DNA from: Spirochaetia bacterium
GTDB lineage: Bacteria > Spirochaetota > Spirochaetia > SP-2023
Assembly (NCBI GenBank): GCA_965225855.1
Contig: CBDDCK010000005.1
Location: 1,568,001 to 1,632,000, forward strand
Reading direction: 5' to 3'
Length of the DNA: 64,000 nucleotides
How positions within the stretch are numbered: position 1 is the stretch's first letter; every line of letters starts with the position of its first letter. Of the stretch, positions 20,832-31,012 are shown piece after piece. The translations under genes were made by a program, and so were the position numbers. The notes below the pieces were generated by a model that was not told the origin of the DNA, did not search any database, and saw only the letters and a list, made by a program, of their open reading frames with translations.

Positions 20832-22136
20832 TTGTTTCGCCGTAAAATAAGAGTAGCTCATAAGTTCAATTTGGGTGCTATTGAATCGAGAACATTGTTC
20901 TATGATAGCATTCGTCAAGGCATTGAAGGCGGAGGTGAATCCCTTGCTTCAGTGTTTTTCCTCTACATTGCCATAGAGATTTTTGAGTTACCCAGTGAAC
21001 AGAAGGCCTTATTGGTGGCTAGCCGTGCCGTTGGTTTTTGCCTAGCTCCGTGTCTGCCTATGTTATTTTCGCACAGTCGCTTGCGGCGTAGCCATTTGGC
21101 AGCCTACTGTAATTTACTTAGTGGTCTAAGCTTGTTTCTTGCAGCTCTCGCAGAATATCGCTGGGAATATACATTATATTGCAGCCTGTTTGTGTTGTTT
21201 TTGTGTGTGAAAGTCCCACTGTTTTCGTATATCTATCGCAAAAACTACCGTAGTGAACACCGAGGCCGCTTGTTTAGTTTAGGCGGTACTTTGCGTAATA
21301 TCTGTAATTTGAGCTTGAATTTATTTACGGCAATTGTTGTCTCCCAAGGTGGAGATGGCTCCTATCGTTGGATACTGGTGGTGTATTCTCTACTGATACT
21401 GTTTAGTGCTTTCATTAGTTTTTTAATACCTTCTCAACGTTTTTGCGATACGGAAACTCACGGTGGCAAACGTGGGAAATTCTGGATTGAAATTCGGCAA
21501 AACTTATGGTTGGTATTGCGAGATAAGTTGTTTTTATATATTTGTCTTGCCTGGTATTTGTTAGGCTTTGGTAATTTGGCACTGGGCCCTATGAAAGTGG
21601 AATTTTTATTGGGTAAAGCGGCTGGCAGTTATGGTGCGGTGAGCCCCATTCAGTTAGTTTTGATTTTGCAAATTTTACCGGGAATTGTTCGTAGTGTAGG
21701 CACTATTTTTGGCGGTAGGCTGTTTGATAGGATACCTTTACTCTTATTTCGTATTTTGACAAATCTATTGTTTATGGCAGCTATTATCCTATTTTTTCAG
21801 GCTCGTTCATGGTGGATGCTTTTCTTAGGAATGGTTGTGTTTGGCCTAGCAGAATCGGGTGCCCAGTTTATTTGGAACTTGTGGATAACTCATTTAGCCC
21901 CAGATAGGAAACAGGTTGAGCTATATATGGGCGTCCATGTTTTCTTAAATGGCACGCGGGGACTGCTGGCCCCCTTTGTCAGCTATGCTTTACTAGACAA
22001 AGGGGGACCACAAATACTTGGATTTTTTGGCAACGATATTCGCGGTTTATCTTGGTTGACCGTTCTGCTAATGTTGCTCGCAACCTTAATGTTTTTGAGC
22101 ATGGCCCGCAGCCCAAGGGTCAACCGCAGAGCCTAA
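20832..22136 (+). CDS. MFS transporter
   Basis: About 12 TM segments, RGRLFS and GRLFDRI loop motifs. Confidence 0.85.
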   Translation: MFRRKIRVAHKFNLGAIESRTLFYDSIRQGIEGGGESLASVFFLYIAIEIFELPSEQKALLVASRAVGFCLAPCLPMLFSHSRLRRSHLAAYCNLLSGLSLFLAALAEYRWEYTLYCSLFVLFLCVKVPLFSYIYRKNYRSEHRGRLFSLGGTLRNICNLSLNLFTAIVVSQGGDGSYRWILVVYSLLILFSAFISFLIPSQRFCDTETHGGKRGKFWIEIRQNLWLVLRDKLFLYICLAWYLLGFGNLALGPMKVEFLLGKAAGSYGAVSPIQLVLILQILPGIVRSVGTIFGGRLFDRIPLLLFRILTNLLFMAAIILFFQARSWWMLFLGMVVFGLAESGAQFIWNLWITHLAPDRKQVELYMGVHVFLNGTRGLLAPFVSYALLDKGGPQILGFFGNDIRGLSWLTVLLMLLATLMFLSMARSPRVNRRA

Positions 22137-22137
22137 T

Positions 22138-22195
22138 TGATGCAGGACGTGATAACTTTGTGCCATCGGACGTGATAACTCGATTTTTTCTACTT
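22138..22195 (+). repeat. End A terminus (copy 1)
   Basis: TGATGCAGGACGTGATAACTTTGTGCCATCGGACGTGATAACTCGATTTTTTCTACTT; other copies at 26979, 30895(rev), 55409(rev), 58052. Confidence 0.92.
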
Positions 22196-22282
22196 ACCAA
22201 GGCTATAATTGGCAAAAGCAGCCTTGATAAAAAAACTTACCAAGGCTGCAATTGGCCAATGCAAGCGCAGTTAAACCAAACC

Positions 22283-24100
22283 CTACCTTATAACATTAAT
22301 ACCAGTGGTTGGGTCTTCTGGACTACCAGATACAAATTCTGCTGCTGCTTCAAGGTTATATGCACCAGTATTATCACTATCACCAACCTTAACCAGTATC
22401 TTATCGACTTCCGCTTTTACACTACCCCTTAAAGTAATATTTAATCTTGTTGTACTTGCACTAGAACCTGTGGCTCTGTTTACACCTTCATTTGCGTGCC
22501 GGGGTAATGGGTATCTCTTCTTACCATCACCGGATACAATCGTCAATTTGCTAAAGTCCCAGTCTGTAACTGCTCTCGGTAACCTGACACCTCTAATAGT
22601 TAACTCGCCTCCATAATAATCGTAGACTGCACTGGTGATGCTGGCTACATACCCACTAACGGTAATCGGGTTGCTTGGGTCTTCTGCGCTACCACCTGCA
22701 AAGCCTGCTGCTGCTTCCAGGTTGTATGCACCATTAGCATCACGAACACCTTCCTTAACCAGTATCTTCTCGGCTTCCGCTTTTACACTACCGCTTAAAG
22801 TAATACTTAAGTAGGTTGTACCTGCACGAGAACCTGTGGCTGTGTTTTCACCTGCAGTTTCGTGCCGGGGTAATGGGTATCTCTTACTACCATCACCGGA
22901 TACAATCGTCAATTTGCTAAAGTCCCAGTCTGCAACTGCTCTCGGTAACTTGATACCTCTAATATATAACTCGCCTGTATTAGCATTGTAGGTTGCACTG
23001 GTGATGCTGGCTGTATACCCGCTAACGGTAATAGGATTGGTTGTGTCTTCTGCGCTACCACCTGCAAAGCCTGCTGCTGCTTCCAGGTTGTATGCACCAT
23101 TAGCATCACTATCACCATCGTTAACCAGTATCTTCTCGGCTTCCGTTTTTACACTACCGATTAAAGTAATCTGTAAGCCTGTTGCACTTGCACGAGAACC
23201 TATGGCTCTGTTTCTACTTTCAAAACCTACGGCTCTGTTTTCTGGCCGGGGTAATGTGTATCTCTTACTACCATCACCGGATACAATCGTCAATTTGCTA
23301 AAGTCCCAGCCTCTAACTGCTGCTGGTAAATTAGTACCTGTAATCACTAACAAGCCTAAAGTAACATTGTAGGTTGCACCGGTAATTGCAGCTTTAGGCG
23401 ACTCTTGTTCAGCTTGTTCGTCTTGTTCAGCTTGTTCGACTTGTTCAGCTTGTTCGTCTTTAGGTTGCTTAGGCGACTGATCTTCGGTTTCAGTCTTAGA
23501 CTGCTTATCTTCGACTTCTTCAGCTTGTTCGACTTGTTCAGCTTCTTCAGTTTCTTCAGTTTGCTTAGATGGCTGATTGTCATCGGATACTTTAGACTGC
23601 TTATCTTCGACTTCTTCGGTTTGTTCGGCTGCGGGTACATTACTAACGGTTAAGTCTTTGGCTGTATTTAAACCCGCCCAAGCACCAGAGCTAGTAAGCA
23701 ACCCTTTTTTTAGACCATCGCTACCCACCTTGGCCTCAAGAACAGCTTTATGTCGATCGGTAAGTCTAAGCCAAAGCGCTGTGCCATCGCTTTTAATACG
23801 GTACTTACCTTTTGCCAGATTGCTACTATCTGGCCCAGTGGGTTTGGCATCTGCAGTATAGGCACTGAAGGCTACACCATTTGTTCGGCTTCCTACCCTG
23901 ATAGTTTGGATTTGCGCTTCTGTAGGACTTAAGTCAGTACCTTGTACGGTTAACAGAGCCGTAGCAAAGTCGTAGATAGCGTTATTGATAGTCGGCCCAG
24001 AAGAAGATGGCGCATCATCGTCATCGGGTGGGGCGCAGGCCAAGGCCATAAAGACCAGTAGCAATGCTACTGGCAATAAAAATAGTTTGAGCTTATACAT
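22283..24100 (-). CDS. Variable surface lipoprotein, copy 1 (N-domain + acidic linker + 3 B-type repeats)
   Basis: MYKLKL...MALA-C lipobox, GGAGG RBS; paralog of five other copies. Confidence 0.9.
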   Translation of the reverse strand: MYKLKLFLLPVALLLVFMALACAPPDDDDAPSSSGPTINNAIYDFATALLTVQGTDLSPTEAQIQTIRVGSRTNGVAFSAYTADAKPTGPDSSNLAKGKYRIKSDGTALWLRLTDRHKAVLEAKVGSDGLKKGLLTSSGAWAGLNTAKDLTVSNVPAAEQTEEVEDKQSKVSDDNQPSKQTEETEEAEQVEQAEEVEDKQSKTETEDQSPKQPKDEQAEQVEQAEQDEQAEQESPKAAITGATYNVTLGLLVITGTNLPAAVRGWDFSKLTIVSGDGSKRYTLPRPENRAVGFESRNRAIGSRASATGLQITLIGSVKTEAEKILVNDGDSDANGAYNLEAAAGFAGGSAEDTTNPITVSGYTASITSATYNANTGELYIRGIKLPRAVADWDFSKLTIVSGDGSKRYPLPRHETAGENTATGSRAGTTYLSITLSGSVKAEAEKILVKEGVRDANGAYNLEAAAGFAGGSAEDPSNPITVSGYVASITSAVYDYYGGELTIRGVRLPRAVTDWDFSKLTIVSGDGKKRYPLPRHANEGVNRATGSSASTTRLNITLRGSVKAEVDKILVKVGDSDNTGAYNLEAAAEFVSGSPEDPTTGINVIR

Positions 24101-24495
24101 AAGCAATACCTCCAACAATGGATAAAGATTGGCCAACCCATACGGGCTAGTCTGTAAATCCCTATTTTGCTAGGGGGGGTGTTGCGTCAAGGCCTATATA
24201 AGCTTTTTGTAAGTTTTTTTATGTTTAGTGTTGTAAAGTGGTTAAAAATCCATGCCAATCAAAAGGCTTGAGATTATTTGAGATACCTTGAGATTGCTTG
24301 AGATACCTTGGGTAAAAATTTGTAATACGCTAGACGCAGTCCGGGTGTTGCGTTGCGTTTCGTATGAAAGTATAAGAATTTGAGTTTTTTGTATCGCAGT
24401 ACAGCCCAGTTTTTAGCAAAATAATACAATACAATTTTTTGCGATTTTTTTAGAGACTGCCACAGTCTCATTGGAAAATCCCCAGGTTGCCAATC

Positions 24496-24540
24496 AAAAA
24501 AGCTAGTAAGGTTTTCAGTCAAAACCTTACTAGCTTTTTT
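24496..24540. repeat. 20-bp perfect inverted repeat in the End-B-side module (also 48242..48286 and 52423..52467)
   Basis: AAAAAAGCTAGTAAGGTTTT-N5-AAAACCTTACTAGCTTTTTT, with an adjacent third half-copy. Confidence 0.85.
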
Positions 24541-24705
24541 GAAAACCTTATTAGCTTTTTGAGACTGTGGCCCGTTACCATGATATTTTGAAAGCATATT
24601 GTTGCCCAATTACTGCCGACAATGACCCATAGGCCGAAAAACAAAAATTTTTTTACCTTTTTATTTTGGAAAGTAAGCCAATTTTTACCTTCCATTTGTG
24701 CCAAA

Positions 24706-24757
24706 AAAATCCCGAGTTATCACGTCTTATCCCGTTCAGTTATCATGTCCTCTTTCA
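24706..24757 (-). repeat. End B terminus (copy 1)
   Basis: Reverse complement reads TGAAAGAGGACATGATAACTGAACGGGATAAGACGTGATAACTCGGGATTTT; other copies at 48622(rev) and 52029. Confidence 0.92.
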
Positions 24758-25185
24758 ATTAAGCCATATTGCCGATTGGTTGCCAAAGTGATTGCAGAGC
24801 ATTAGCACTATTGTGTATTTTAGTATAGCCGTTAATTAAAATCTATTAATAGTATTAAGAAAGCCTTGTAACAATTGTTATTAGAATTTAGCCGTAACCG
24901 TTGAAAAGTTGGTTTTATAAAAAGCCCTTTCCCAAATTCCCAATAAAAAGCTATATAATATATAATTACTACCACAATAGACAAAATTGAGTACGATAGA
25001 GTGTTTTACATAATGTATCTAATAAATTATTTACCTAAGATCAAACCATAAAAATTACAAATTGATAATCTTTTTTACCTAATATAGTTTATAACTGTTA
25101 TTTTAGTGTGTTTATACTTGCTAACTTACATATTTTAATATATTATAGTGGCCATCTTACATTGTCTTACAAAGGAGAGATAATA

Positions 25186-25347
25186 ATGCAAAAATATGTA
25201 TGTGAAGTTTGTGGTTATGTTTACGATCCGGCTGAAGGTGATCCTGATAATGATATTCCAGCCGGCACTGCTTTTGCCGACTTGCCTGATGATTGGTCTT
25301 GTCCTATGTGTGGTGCAGCAACAGAAGATTTTACAGAAGAAGAATAA
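25186..25347 (+). CDS. Rubredoxin
   Basis: [15 protein letters not shown]...[24 protein letters not shown] at 25186. Confidence 0.96.
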   Translation: MQKYVCEVCGYVYDPAEGDPDNDIPAGTAFADLPDDWSCPMCGAATEDFTEEE

Positions 25348-25365
25348 ATATAGTGTTTTGTATGG

Positions 25366-25393
25366 GCCAGCCTTTTTTATTGCTGGCTTTTTT
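25366..25393 (+). terminator. Intrinsic terminator after rubredoxin
   Basis: GCCAGC...GCTGGC stem followed by TTTTTT. Confidence 0.65.
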
Positions 25394-25423
25394 ATTAAAT
25401 AAGTAATATAAAGGGATCCGTCT

Positions 25424-25915
25424 ATGCCAACTTTTGAAATTAGCCTTGTGTTATTAAAGCCTGATACAGTACAACGAGGCCTAGTGGGTGAGGTTATCTC
25501 CCGTTTTGAACGTTGTGGTTTACGTATTATTGCAATGAAAATGATTTCACCAGATAGAGGGGTATTAGAGCAACATTATGCAGAACACAAAGAGAAAAGC
25601 TTTTTCCTCTCTCTAGTCCAATTTATGGAAAATAAGACTATCGTTATTTTGGCACTTGAAGGTGCAAATGCCATATCGAATATTCGGAAATTAGTTGGCA
25701 GTACAGAACCAGCTAGTGCCGCTCCTGGCACGATAAGGGGGGATTTTTGTCATATAAGCTATGCTCGTTCCGAGAGTTCTGAAATGAAAACTTTAACTAA
25801 TATAATTCATGCCTCAGATAGTATGGAATCAGCTAATCGTGAATTGGCATTATGGTTTGAAGATAAGGATTTTTGCCATATCAATAACCCTCGCTGTGAT
25901 CAGCATTTTATGTGA
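25424..25915 (+). CDS. ndk: Nucleoside-diphosphate kinase
   Basis: LKPDTVQRGLVGEVISRFE, PGTIRGDF, NIIHASDS. Confidence 0.96.
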   Translation: MPTFEISLVLLKPDTVQRGLVGEVISRFERCGLRIIAMKMISPDRGVLEQHYAEHKEKSFFLSLVQFMENKTIVILALEGANAISNIRKLVGSTEPASAAPGTIRGDFCHISYARSESSEMKTLTNIIHASDSMESANRELALWFEDKDFCHINNPRCDQHFM

Positions 25916-25920
25916 TAAAA

Positions 25921-26874
25921 CTAACGCTTTCTCTTTAAATCTACCGGTAAGTACCCTAATTCTTGTTTTAGATAATCCATAAAAATCATGGCGTCTTTAT
26001 AGTAGCCAGTGGTAGCAGGGGCTTTCGGAAATACACTTTGCCAATAACGATTAAACTGCAACATCAGTAATTCTCGGTAGTACTTGGCCCAAATAGAAGC
26101 AATAGCACATAAAATATTGTGCTGATCGCCCTTAACCCAAAAATATAAATCAAATTCTACGTTCTGCTTTATGTTGTGCAGCCGATACTCGGAGCTATTG
26201 AAATCCTCTTTTAAAACCTCAATCTTTGAATCATCTACTCCAAATAATTCACAAAGCCAAGGGGAATAGTATTTTAATCCGCCCAAGCGATCGACTACAC
26301 AGCAAGGACTTATCGATGTTTGCGGCTTATCGATAAAATCGGCAAAGGCCCTTATAAAAGAACCAACCAACTCTCTTAATATGAAACTTTTATTGTTTAA
26401 TTGTTCTACCTTTTGGTTAAATTGTTTTTCTGTAAATAACCGTGCTGATAGCTGGATAAAACTATTTCTACACCGTAAGACTTCCCTCAATAATGTGGCT
26501 TGTTGCCATATTTTTTGCCGGTCAGCAACCAAAGGTAAAAAATTTGGCTGCAAGGATAGCTCTCGGTACCAATCTAATTCATAGATCGCAGCAGGCATTA
26601 AGTGTGATAAGGATAATTCTCTCTGGTTTATATTAGAGAGGCCACTTAAATAAAAGCTTAAAGCTAGAGTCTCTAAACGTGCAAAATCACCACGGTAGAT
26701 TTGTTTGCTGTCAGCTACTAATCCTTGCTGTTTTTTAGAGTGTTTCGGCCAAATACCTAAATCAAGTAAGATAGCTAATAATTCCTTTGATTGTAAATTA
26801 CTAGCACCACTAGCCACTACTAAAGGGCCAAGCAAAGGCCCTAATCCTGCTTCATCAATACCACTATATATCAT
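25921..26874 (-). CDS. Ribonuclease HII-like protein
   Basis: GIDEAGLGPLLGPLVV, DSK, VDRLGG, KGD...AIASIWAK. Confidence 0.75.
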   Translation of the reverse strand: MIYSGIDEAGLGPLLGPLVVASGASNLQSKELLAILLDLGIWPKHSKKQQGLVADSKQIYRGDFARLETLALSFYLSGLSNINQRELSLSHLMPAAIYELDWYRELSLQPNFLPLVADRQKIWQQATLLREVLRCRNSFIQLSARLFTEKQFNQKVEQLNNKSFILRELVGSFIRAFADFIDKPQTSISPCCVVDRLGGLKYYSPWLCELFGVDDSKIEVLKEDFNSSEYRLHNIKQNVEFDLYFWVKGDQHNILCAIASIWAKYYRELLMLQFNRYWQSVFPKAPATTGYYKDAMIFMDYLKQELGYLPVDLKRKR

Positions 26875-27046
26875 TTATGATTAGAACTAATCTTAGTTTT
26901 AGTTAGCTTCGTAATTTAATAAAAGTAGGTCCATACTATACGGCATAATAAAGAATAATCCAATATGAAAACACAGCCTGATGCAGGACGCGATAACTTT
27001 GTGCCATCGGACGTGATAACTCGATTTTTTCTACTTTCCAGAATGG

Positions 27047-27282
27047 GTATTTTACCCAATAGCTACTTGAAGTACCACATATTTGGCTGTTGCTATCTTG
27101 CTTTTTATCCTTTTCATCTTGCCAAAGTTTGCCTTGTGGCAATAACGCTAGCAAAGCATCACGATATTGTGCGTTACTATGATTACCTAAAAGCCCCTCA
27201 CCATCTAAGCCCATGTTATTGCTCCTAATGTTAAGATTTTTCTCTGGATACAGCTTTTACTGGCTGTGGCTTGTAATGTCAA
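27047..27282 (-). pseudogene. Phage baseplate remnant: baseplate-J/gp47-like C-terminus overlapping a YmfQ/DUF2313/gp48-like N-terminus
   Basis: ...KILTLGAITWA* overlaps the ATG at 27214 (AGGAG RBS) of MGLDG...QYRDALLALLPQGKLW; sequence recognition only. Confidence 0.5.
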
Positions 27283-27822
27283 TTGCTATAATATAGCTTT
27301 CCGCCTTGGATCAATAGATTGATCGGCCTTGCTATAATATAGCTTTCCGCATTCGATCAAGGCCTTGATCTATTGCGCTTGTTTATCGCTAGCGGATAAG
27401 CTACCGAACATTTTTGCCTACTTTTTATCTCACTAAGCACATCTAAAATTGCTTGCGTTGCATCTATTGAAGCGCTTTCGGTATATACGGTAAGAGCCCC
27501 AGCTAAATACGGGAAGCCAATATAGCCAAAGCTATTGATCATTGCATGGAAACAACCAAAGGCTGGAACAGCCAAAGGCCAAACCAAGCCCTAAACACCC
27601 AGACTTATACAAATTCTTACCCAAGGTATCTGAAGGTATCTGAAGGTATCTCAAGTAATCTATTGCTTACAAACCACCGTATTTGCCTACAACACTAAGA
27701 CACAAAAAACTTACAAAAAGCTTATATAGGCCTTGACGCAACACCCCCCCTAGCAAAATAGGGATTTACAGACTAGCCCGTATGGGTTGGCCAATCTTTA
27801 TCCCTTGTTGGAGGTATTGCTT

Positions 27823-30684
27823 ATGTATAAGCTCAAACTACTTTTATTGCCAGTAGCATTGCTACTGGCCTTTATGGCCTTGGCCTGCGCCCCACCCGAT
27901 GACGATGATCGATCTTCTGGGCCATCTTCTGGGCCGTCTATCAATAATGCCATCTACGACTTTGCTACGGCTCTGTTAACCGTACAAGGTTCTAACTTAA
28001 GTCCTACAACTGCGACCCAAGCGCAAATCCAAACTATCAGGGTAGGAAGCCAAACAAATGGTGTAGACTTCAGTTCCTATACTGCAGATGAGGATGCCAC
28101 TGGTGTAAATAGTAACGGTCTTGAACAAGGTAAGTACCGTATGAAAAGCGATGGCACAGCGCTTTGGCTTAGACTTACCGATCAACATAAAGCTGCTCTT
28201 CAGACCAAGGTGGGTATGAATACCAATGGTCTAAAAAAAGGGTTGCTTACTAGCTCTGGTGCTTGGGCGGGTTTAAATACACCTAAAGACTTGGACGTTA
28301 GGAATGTACCCGAAAATAAGCAGTCTAAAGTATCCGATGACAATCAGCCATCTAAGCAAGCTGAAGAAGACGAACAAGACGAACAAGACGAACAAGCTGA
28401 ACAAGCCAAACAAGCTGAACAAGCCAAACAAGCTGAACAAGTCGAAGATAAGCAGTCTAAGACCGAAACCGAAGATCAGTCGCTTAAGCAAGCCGAAGCT
28501 GCAATTACCGGTGCAAGCTACCATGTTGGCACGGCGCTGTTAACTTTACAAGGTACTCACTTAGCTAGTGCGACCCAAGCGCAAATCCAAACTATCACGG
28601 TAGATGGCTTAGCCTTAAGTTCCTATATTGCAGATGAGGATGCCACTGGGCCAGATAGTCGCGGTCTTGTAAAAGGTAAGTACCGCCTGCATAGCGCTGG
28701 CACAGCGCTTTGGCTTTACCTTACCGATCAACATAAAGCTACTCTGAATGGCAAGACAGGTATGGATAGCAATGGTCTAAAAGATGGGTTGCTTAGCGTT
28801 GGCACTGGTACTTGGGCGGGTTTAAATACAGCCAAAGCCTTGGCCGTTAGTGGAAACCCCGCAATTACCCGTGCAAGCTACAATGTTGGCACGGCGCTGT
28901 TAACTGTACAAGGTACTGACTTAGGTAGTGCGACCCAAGCCCAAATCCAAACCATCGTGGTAGATGGCTTAGCCTTAAGTTCCTATACTGCAGATGGCAC
29001 AGCCACTGGGCCAGATAGTCGCGGTCTTGTAAAAGGTAAGTACCGTATTAAAAGCGATGGCACAGCGCTTTGGCTTTACCTTACCGATGCCGATAAAGCT
29101 ACTCTGAATGGCAAGACAGGTATGGATAGCAATGGTCTAAAAGATGGGTTGCTTACTAGCACTGGTACTTGGGCGGGTTTAGATACAGCCAAAGCCTTGG
29201 CCGTTAGTGGAAACCCCGCAATTACCGGTGCAAGCTACCATGTTGGCACGGCGCTGCTAACTTTACAAGGTACTGACTTAGGTAGTGCGACCCAAGCCCA
29301 AATCCAAACTATCACGGTAGATGGCGTAGCCTTAAATTCCTATATTGCAGATGGCACAGCCACTGGTGAAGATAGTAGCGGTCTTACAAAAGGTAAGTAC
29401 CGCCTGCATAGCGCTGGCACAGCGCTTTGGCTTTACCTTACCGATACCGATAAAGATGCTCTGAATGGCAAGACAGGTATGGATAGCAATGGTCTAAAAG
29501 ATGGGTTGCTTACTAGCACTGGTACTTGGGCGGGTTTAGATACAGCCAAAGCCTTGGCCGTTAGTGGAAACCCACCCGCAATTACCAGTGCAAGCTACAA
29601 TGTTGGCACGGCGCTGTTAACCGTACAAGGTTCTAACTTAAGTCCTACAACTGCGACCCAAGCCCAAATCCAAACCATCACGGTAGATGGGATAGCTTTA
29701 GATTCCTATACTGCAGATGGCACAGCCACTGGGCCAGATAGTCGTGGTCTTGCAAAAGGTAAGTACCGTATGAAAAGCGATGGCACAGCGCTTTGGCTTT
29801 ACCTTACCGATACCGATAAAGCTACTCTGAATGGCAAGACAGGTATGGATAGCAATGGTCTAAAAGATGGGTTGCTTAGCGTTGGTACTGGTGCTTGGGC
29901 GGGTTTAGATACAGCCAAAGCCTTGGCCGTTAGTGGTAACCCACCCACAATTACCCGTGCAACCTACAATGCTGCTACAGGCGTGTTAGTGATTACAGGT
30001 GTCAATTTACCAAAAACAGTTAAAGGCTGGGACTTCACCAAATTGAGGTTTGTCGCAGGTAATGGTCGTACTAAGAGTGCCCCATTATTACGGCACAACC
30101 CAACATTCAGTTTTAGTAGAGCCAAAGGTTCTCGTGCAAGTGCAACAAGCTTAACGATTACTTTAAAGGGTAGAGAAATAGATAAAGCCGATAAGATATT
30201 GGTTAAGAATGGTGATAGTGATGCTGATGGTTTTTACAACCTGGAAGCAGCAGCAGGATTTGCAGGTGGTAGCGCTGAAGACACAAGCAATAACCCTATT
30301 ACCGTTAGTGGGCGTGTAAGCCATATCACCAACGCATTCTACAATTCACGTACAGGCGTGTTAACGATTAATGGTACTGATTTACCGACAACAGTTGCAG
30401 AGTGGGACTTCAGCAAATTGACGCTTGTATCCGGTGATGGTAAGAAGAGATTCACATTACCCCAGCACGCAACCACAGGTGAAAACACAGCCACAGGTTC
30501 TGCAGCAAGTATAACAATCGTAACTATTACTTTAAGCGGTAGTGTAAAAGTGGAAGCCGATGCTATACTTGATACGGCTGGTCTTCAAGATGCTGATGGT
30601 TATTACAACCTTGAAGGAGCAGCAGGATTTGTAATGGGTAGTCCAGCAGACACAAGCAATAACATTATTTATGTTAGTAATTAG
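27823..30684 (+). CDS. Variable surface lipoprotein, copy 2 (N-domain + linker + 4 A-type + 2 B-type repeats)
   Basis: Same signal, lipobox and RBS; tandem repeats of about 120 aa. Confidence 0.9.
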   Translation: MYKLKLLLLPVALLLAFMALACAPPDDDDRSSGPSSGPSINNAIYDFATALLTVQGSNLSPTTATQAQIQTIRVGSQTNGVDFSSYTADEDATGVNSNGLEQGKYRMKSDGTALWLRLTDQHKAALQTKVGMNTNGLKKGLLTSSGAWAGLNTPKDLDVRNVPENKQSKVSDDNQPSKQAEEDEQDEQDEQAEQAKQAEQAKQAEQVEDKQSKTETEDQSLKQAEAAITGASYHVGTALLTLQGTHLASATQAQIQTITVDGLALSSYIADEDATGPDSRGLVKGKYRLHSAGTALWLYLTDQHKATLNGKTGMDSNGLKDGLLSVGTGTWAGLNTAKALAVSGNPAITRASYNVGTALLTVQGTDLGSATQAQIQTIVVDGLALSSYTADGTATGPDSRGLVKGKYRIKSDGTALWLYLTDADKATLNGKTGMDSNGLKDGLLTSTGTWAGLDTAKALAVSGNPAITGASYHVGTALLTLQGTDLGSATQAQIQTITVDGVALNSYIADGTATGEDSSGLTKGKYRLHSAGTALWLYLTDTDKDALNGKTGMDSNGLKDGLLTSTGTWAGLDTAKALAVSGNPPAITSASYNVGTALLTVQGSNLSPTTATQAQIQTITVDGIALDSYTADGTATGPDSRGLAKGKYRMKSDGTALWLYLTDTDKATLNGKTGMDSNGLKDGLLSVGTGAWAGLDTAKALAVSGNPPTITRATYNAATGVLVITGVNLPKTVKGWDFTKLRFVAGNGRTKSAPLLRHNPTFSFSRAKGSRASATSLTITLKGREIDKADKILVKNGDSDADGFYNLEAAAGFAGGSAEDTSNNPITVSGRVSHITNAFYNSRTGVLTINGTDLPTTVAEWDFSKLTLVSGDGKKRFTLPQHATTGENTATGSAASITIVTITLSGSVKVEADAILDTAGLQDADGYYNLEGAAGFVMGSPADTSNNIIYVSN

Positions 30685-30895
30685 TTTGACTGCGCTTGCC
30701 CAATAGCTCTTATAGCAGCTAAGTGAAAGCTAGCGGGCGGTCAACCAAGTAAATGCGGTAAGCAATGCTTGGTTGGCTTATTGCAGCCTTGGTAAGTTTT
30801 TTATCAAGGCTGCTTTTATCAATTATAGCCATTCTGGAAAGTAGAAGAGTCGAGTTATCACGTCCGATGGCACAAAGTTATCACGTCCTGCATCA

Positions 30896-31012
30896 TAGCG
30901 CGGCATTCATCTGGATAGTTTTCATATATCCAATCAGCCATTTCCCGAGTAGTAAATTTTTGTTCAGGATTTTGACGTAAGCATTCAATAGCTTTTTCTG
31001 TAAGTTAAACAT
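30896..31012 (-). pseudogene. 5' fragment of a COG2958/HrgA-like gene, frameshifted and cut at End A
   Basis: Homologous to 60983..61100; ...GAATGCCGCGCTA is followed directly by TGATGCAGG, where the intact copy has AACAAG. Confidence 0.85.

Larger units (their letters stand above)
22138..24757. mobile_element. Cassette 1: complete End A - lipoprotein - End B unit (non-autonomous, TG...CA termini)
   Basis: End A forward at 22138 and End B reversed ending at 24757; only a lipoprotein gene and conserved non-coding modules inside. Confidence 0.75.
26979..30895. mobile_element. Cassette 2: lipoprotein copy 2 plus a phage remnant, bounded by two inverted End A copies
   Basis: End A forward at 26979..27036 and reversed at 30839..30895. 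Confidence 0.65.

Noticed and set aside
24274..24609. Conserved small ORFs in the End-B module (also 48020..48421 and 52318..52689)
   Set aside because: Starts differ between copies, no clear RBS is present, and they run through hairpins and 10-bp arrays; conservation is explained by DNA identity of the repeat.
27751..27815. Known riboswitch in the lipoprotein 5' leader
   Set aside because: A small hairpin (CTAGCCC-GTAT-GGGTTGG) is conserved, but I cannot match it to any riboswitch consensus.
27787..27822. Extended start MANLYPLLEVLL for the lipoproteins
   Set aside because: GGAGG lies inside this stretch, properly spaced from the ATG of MYK, which gives a normal signal peptide.
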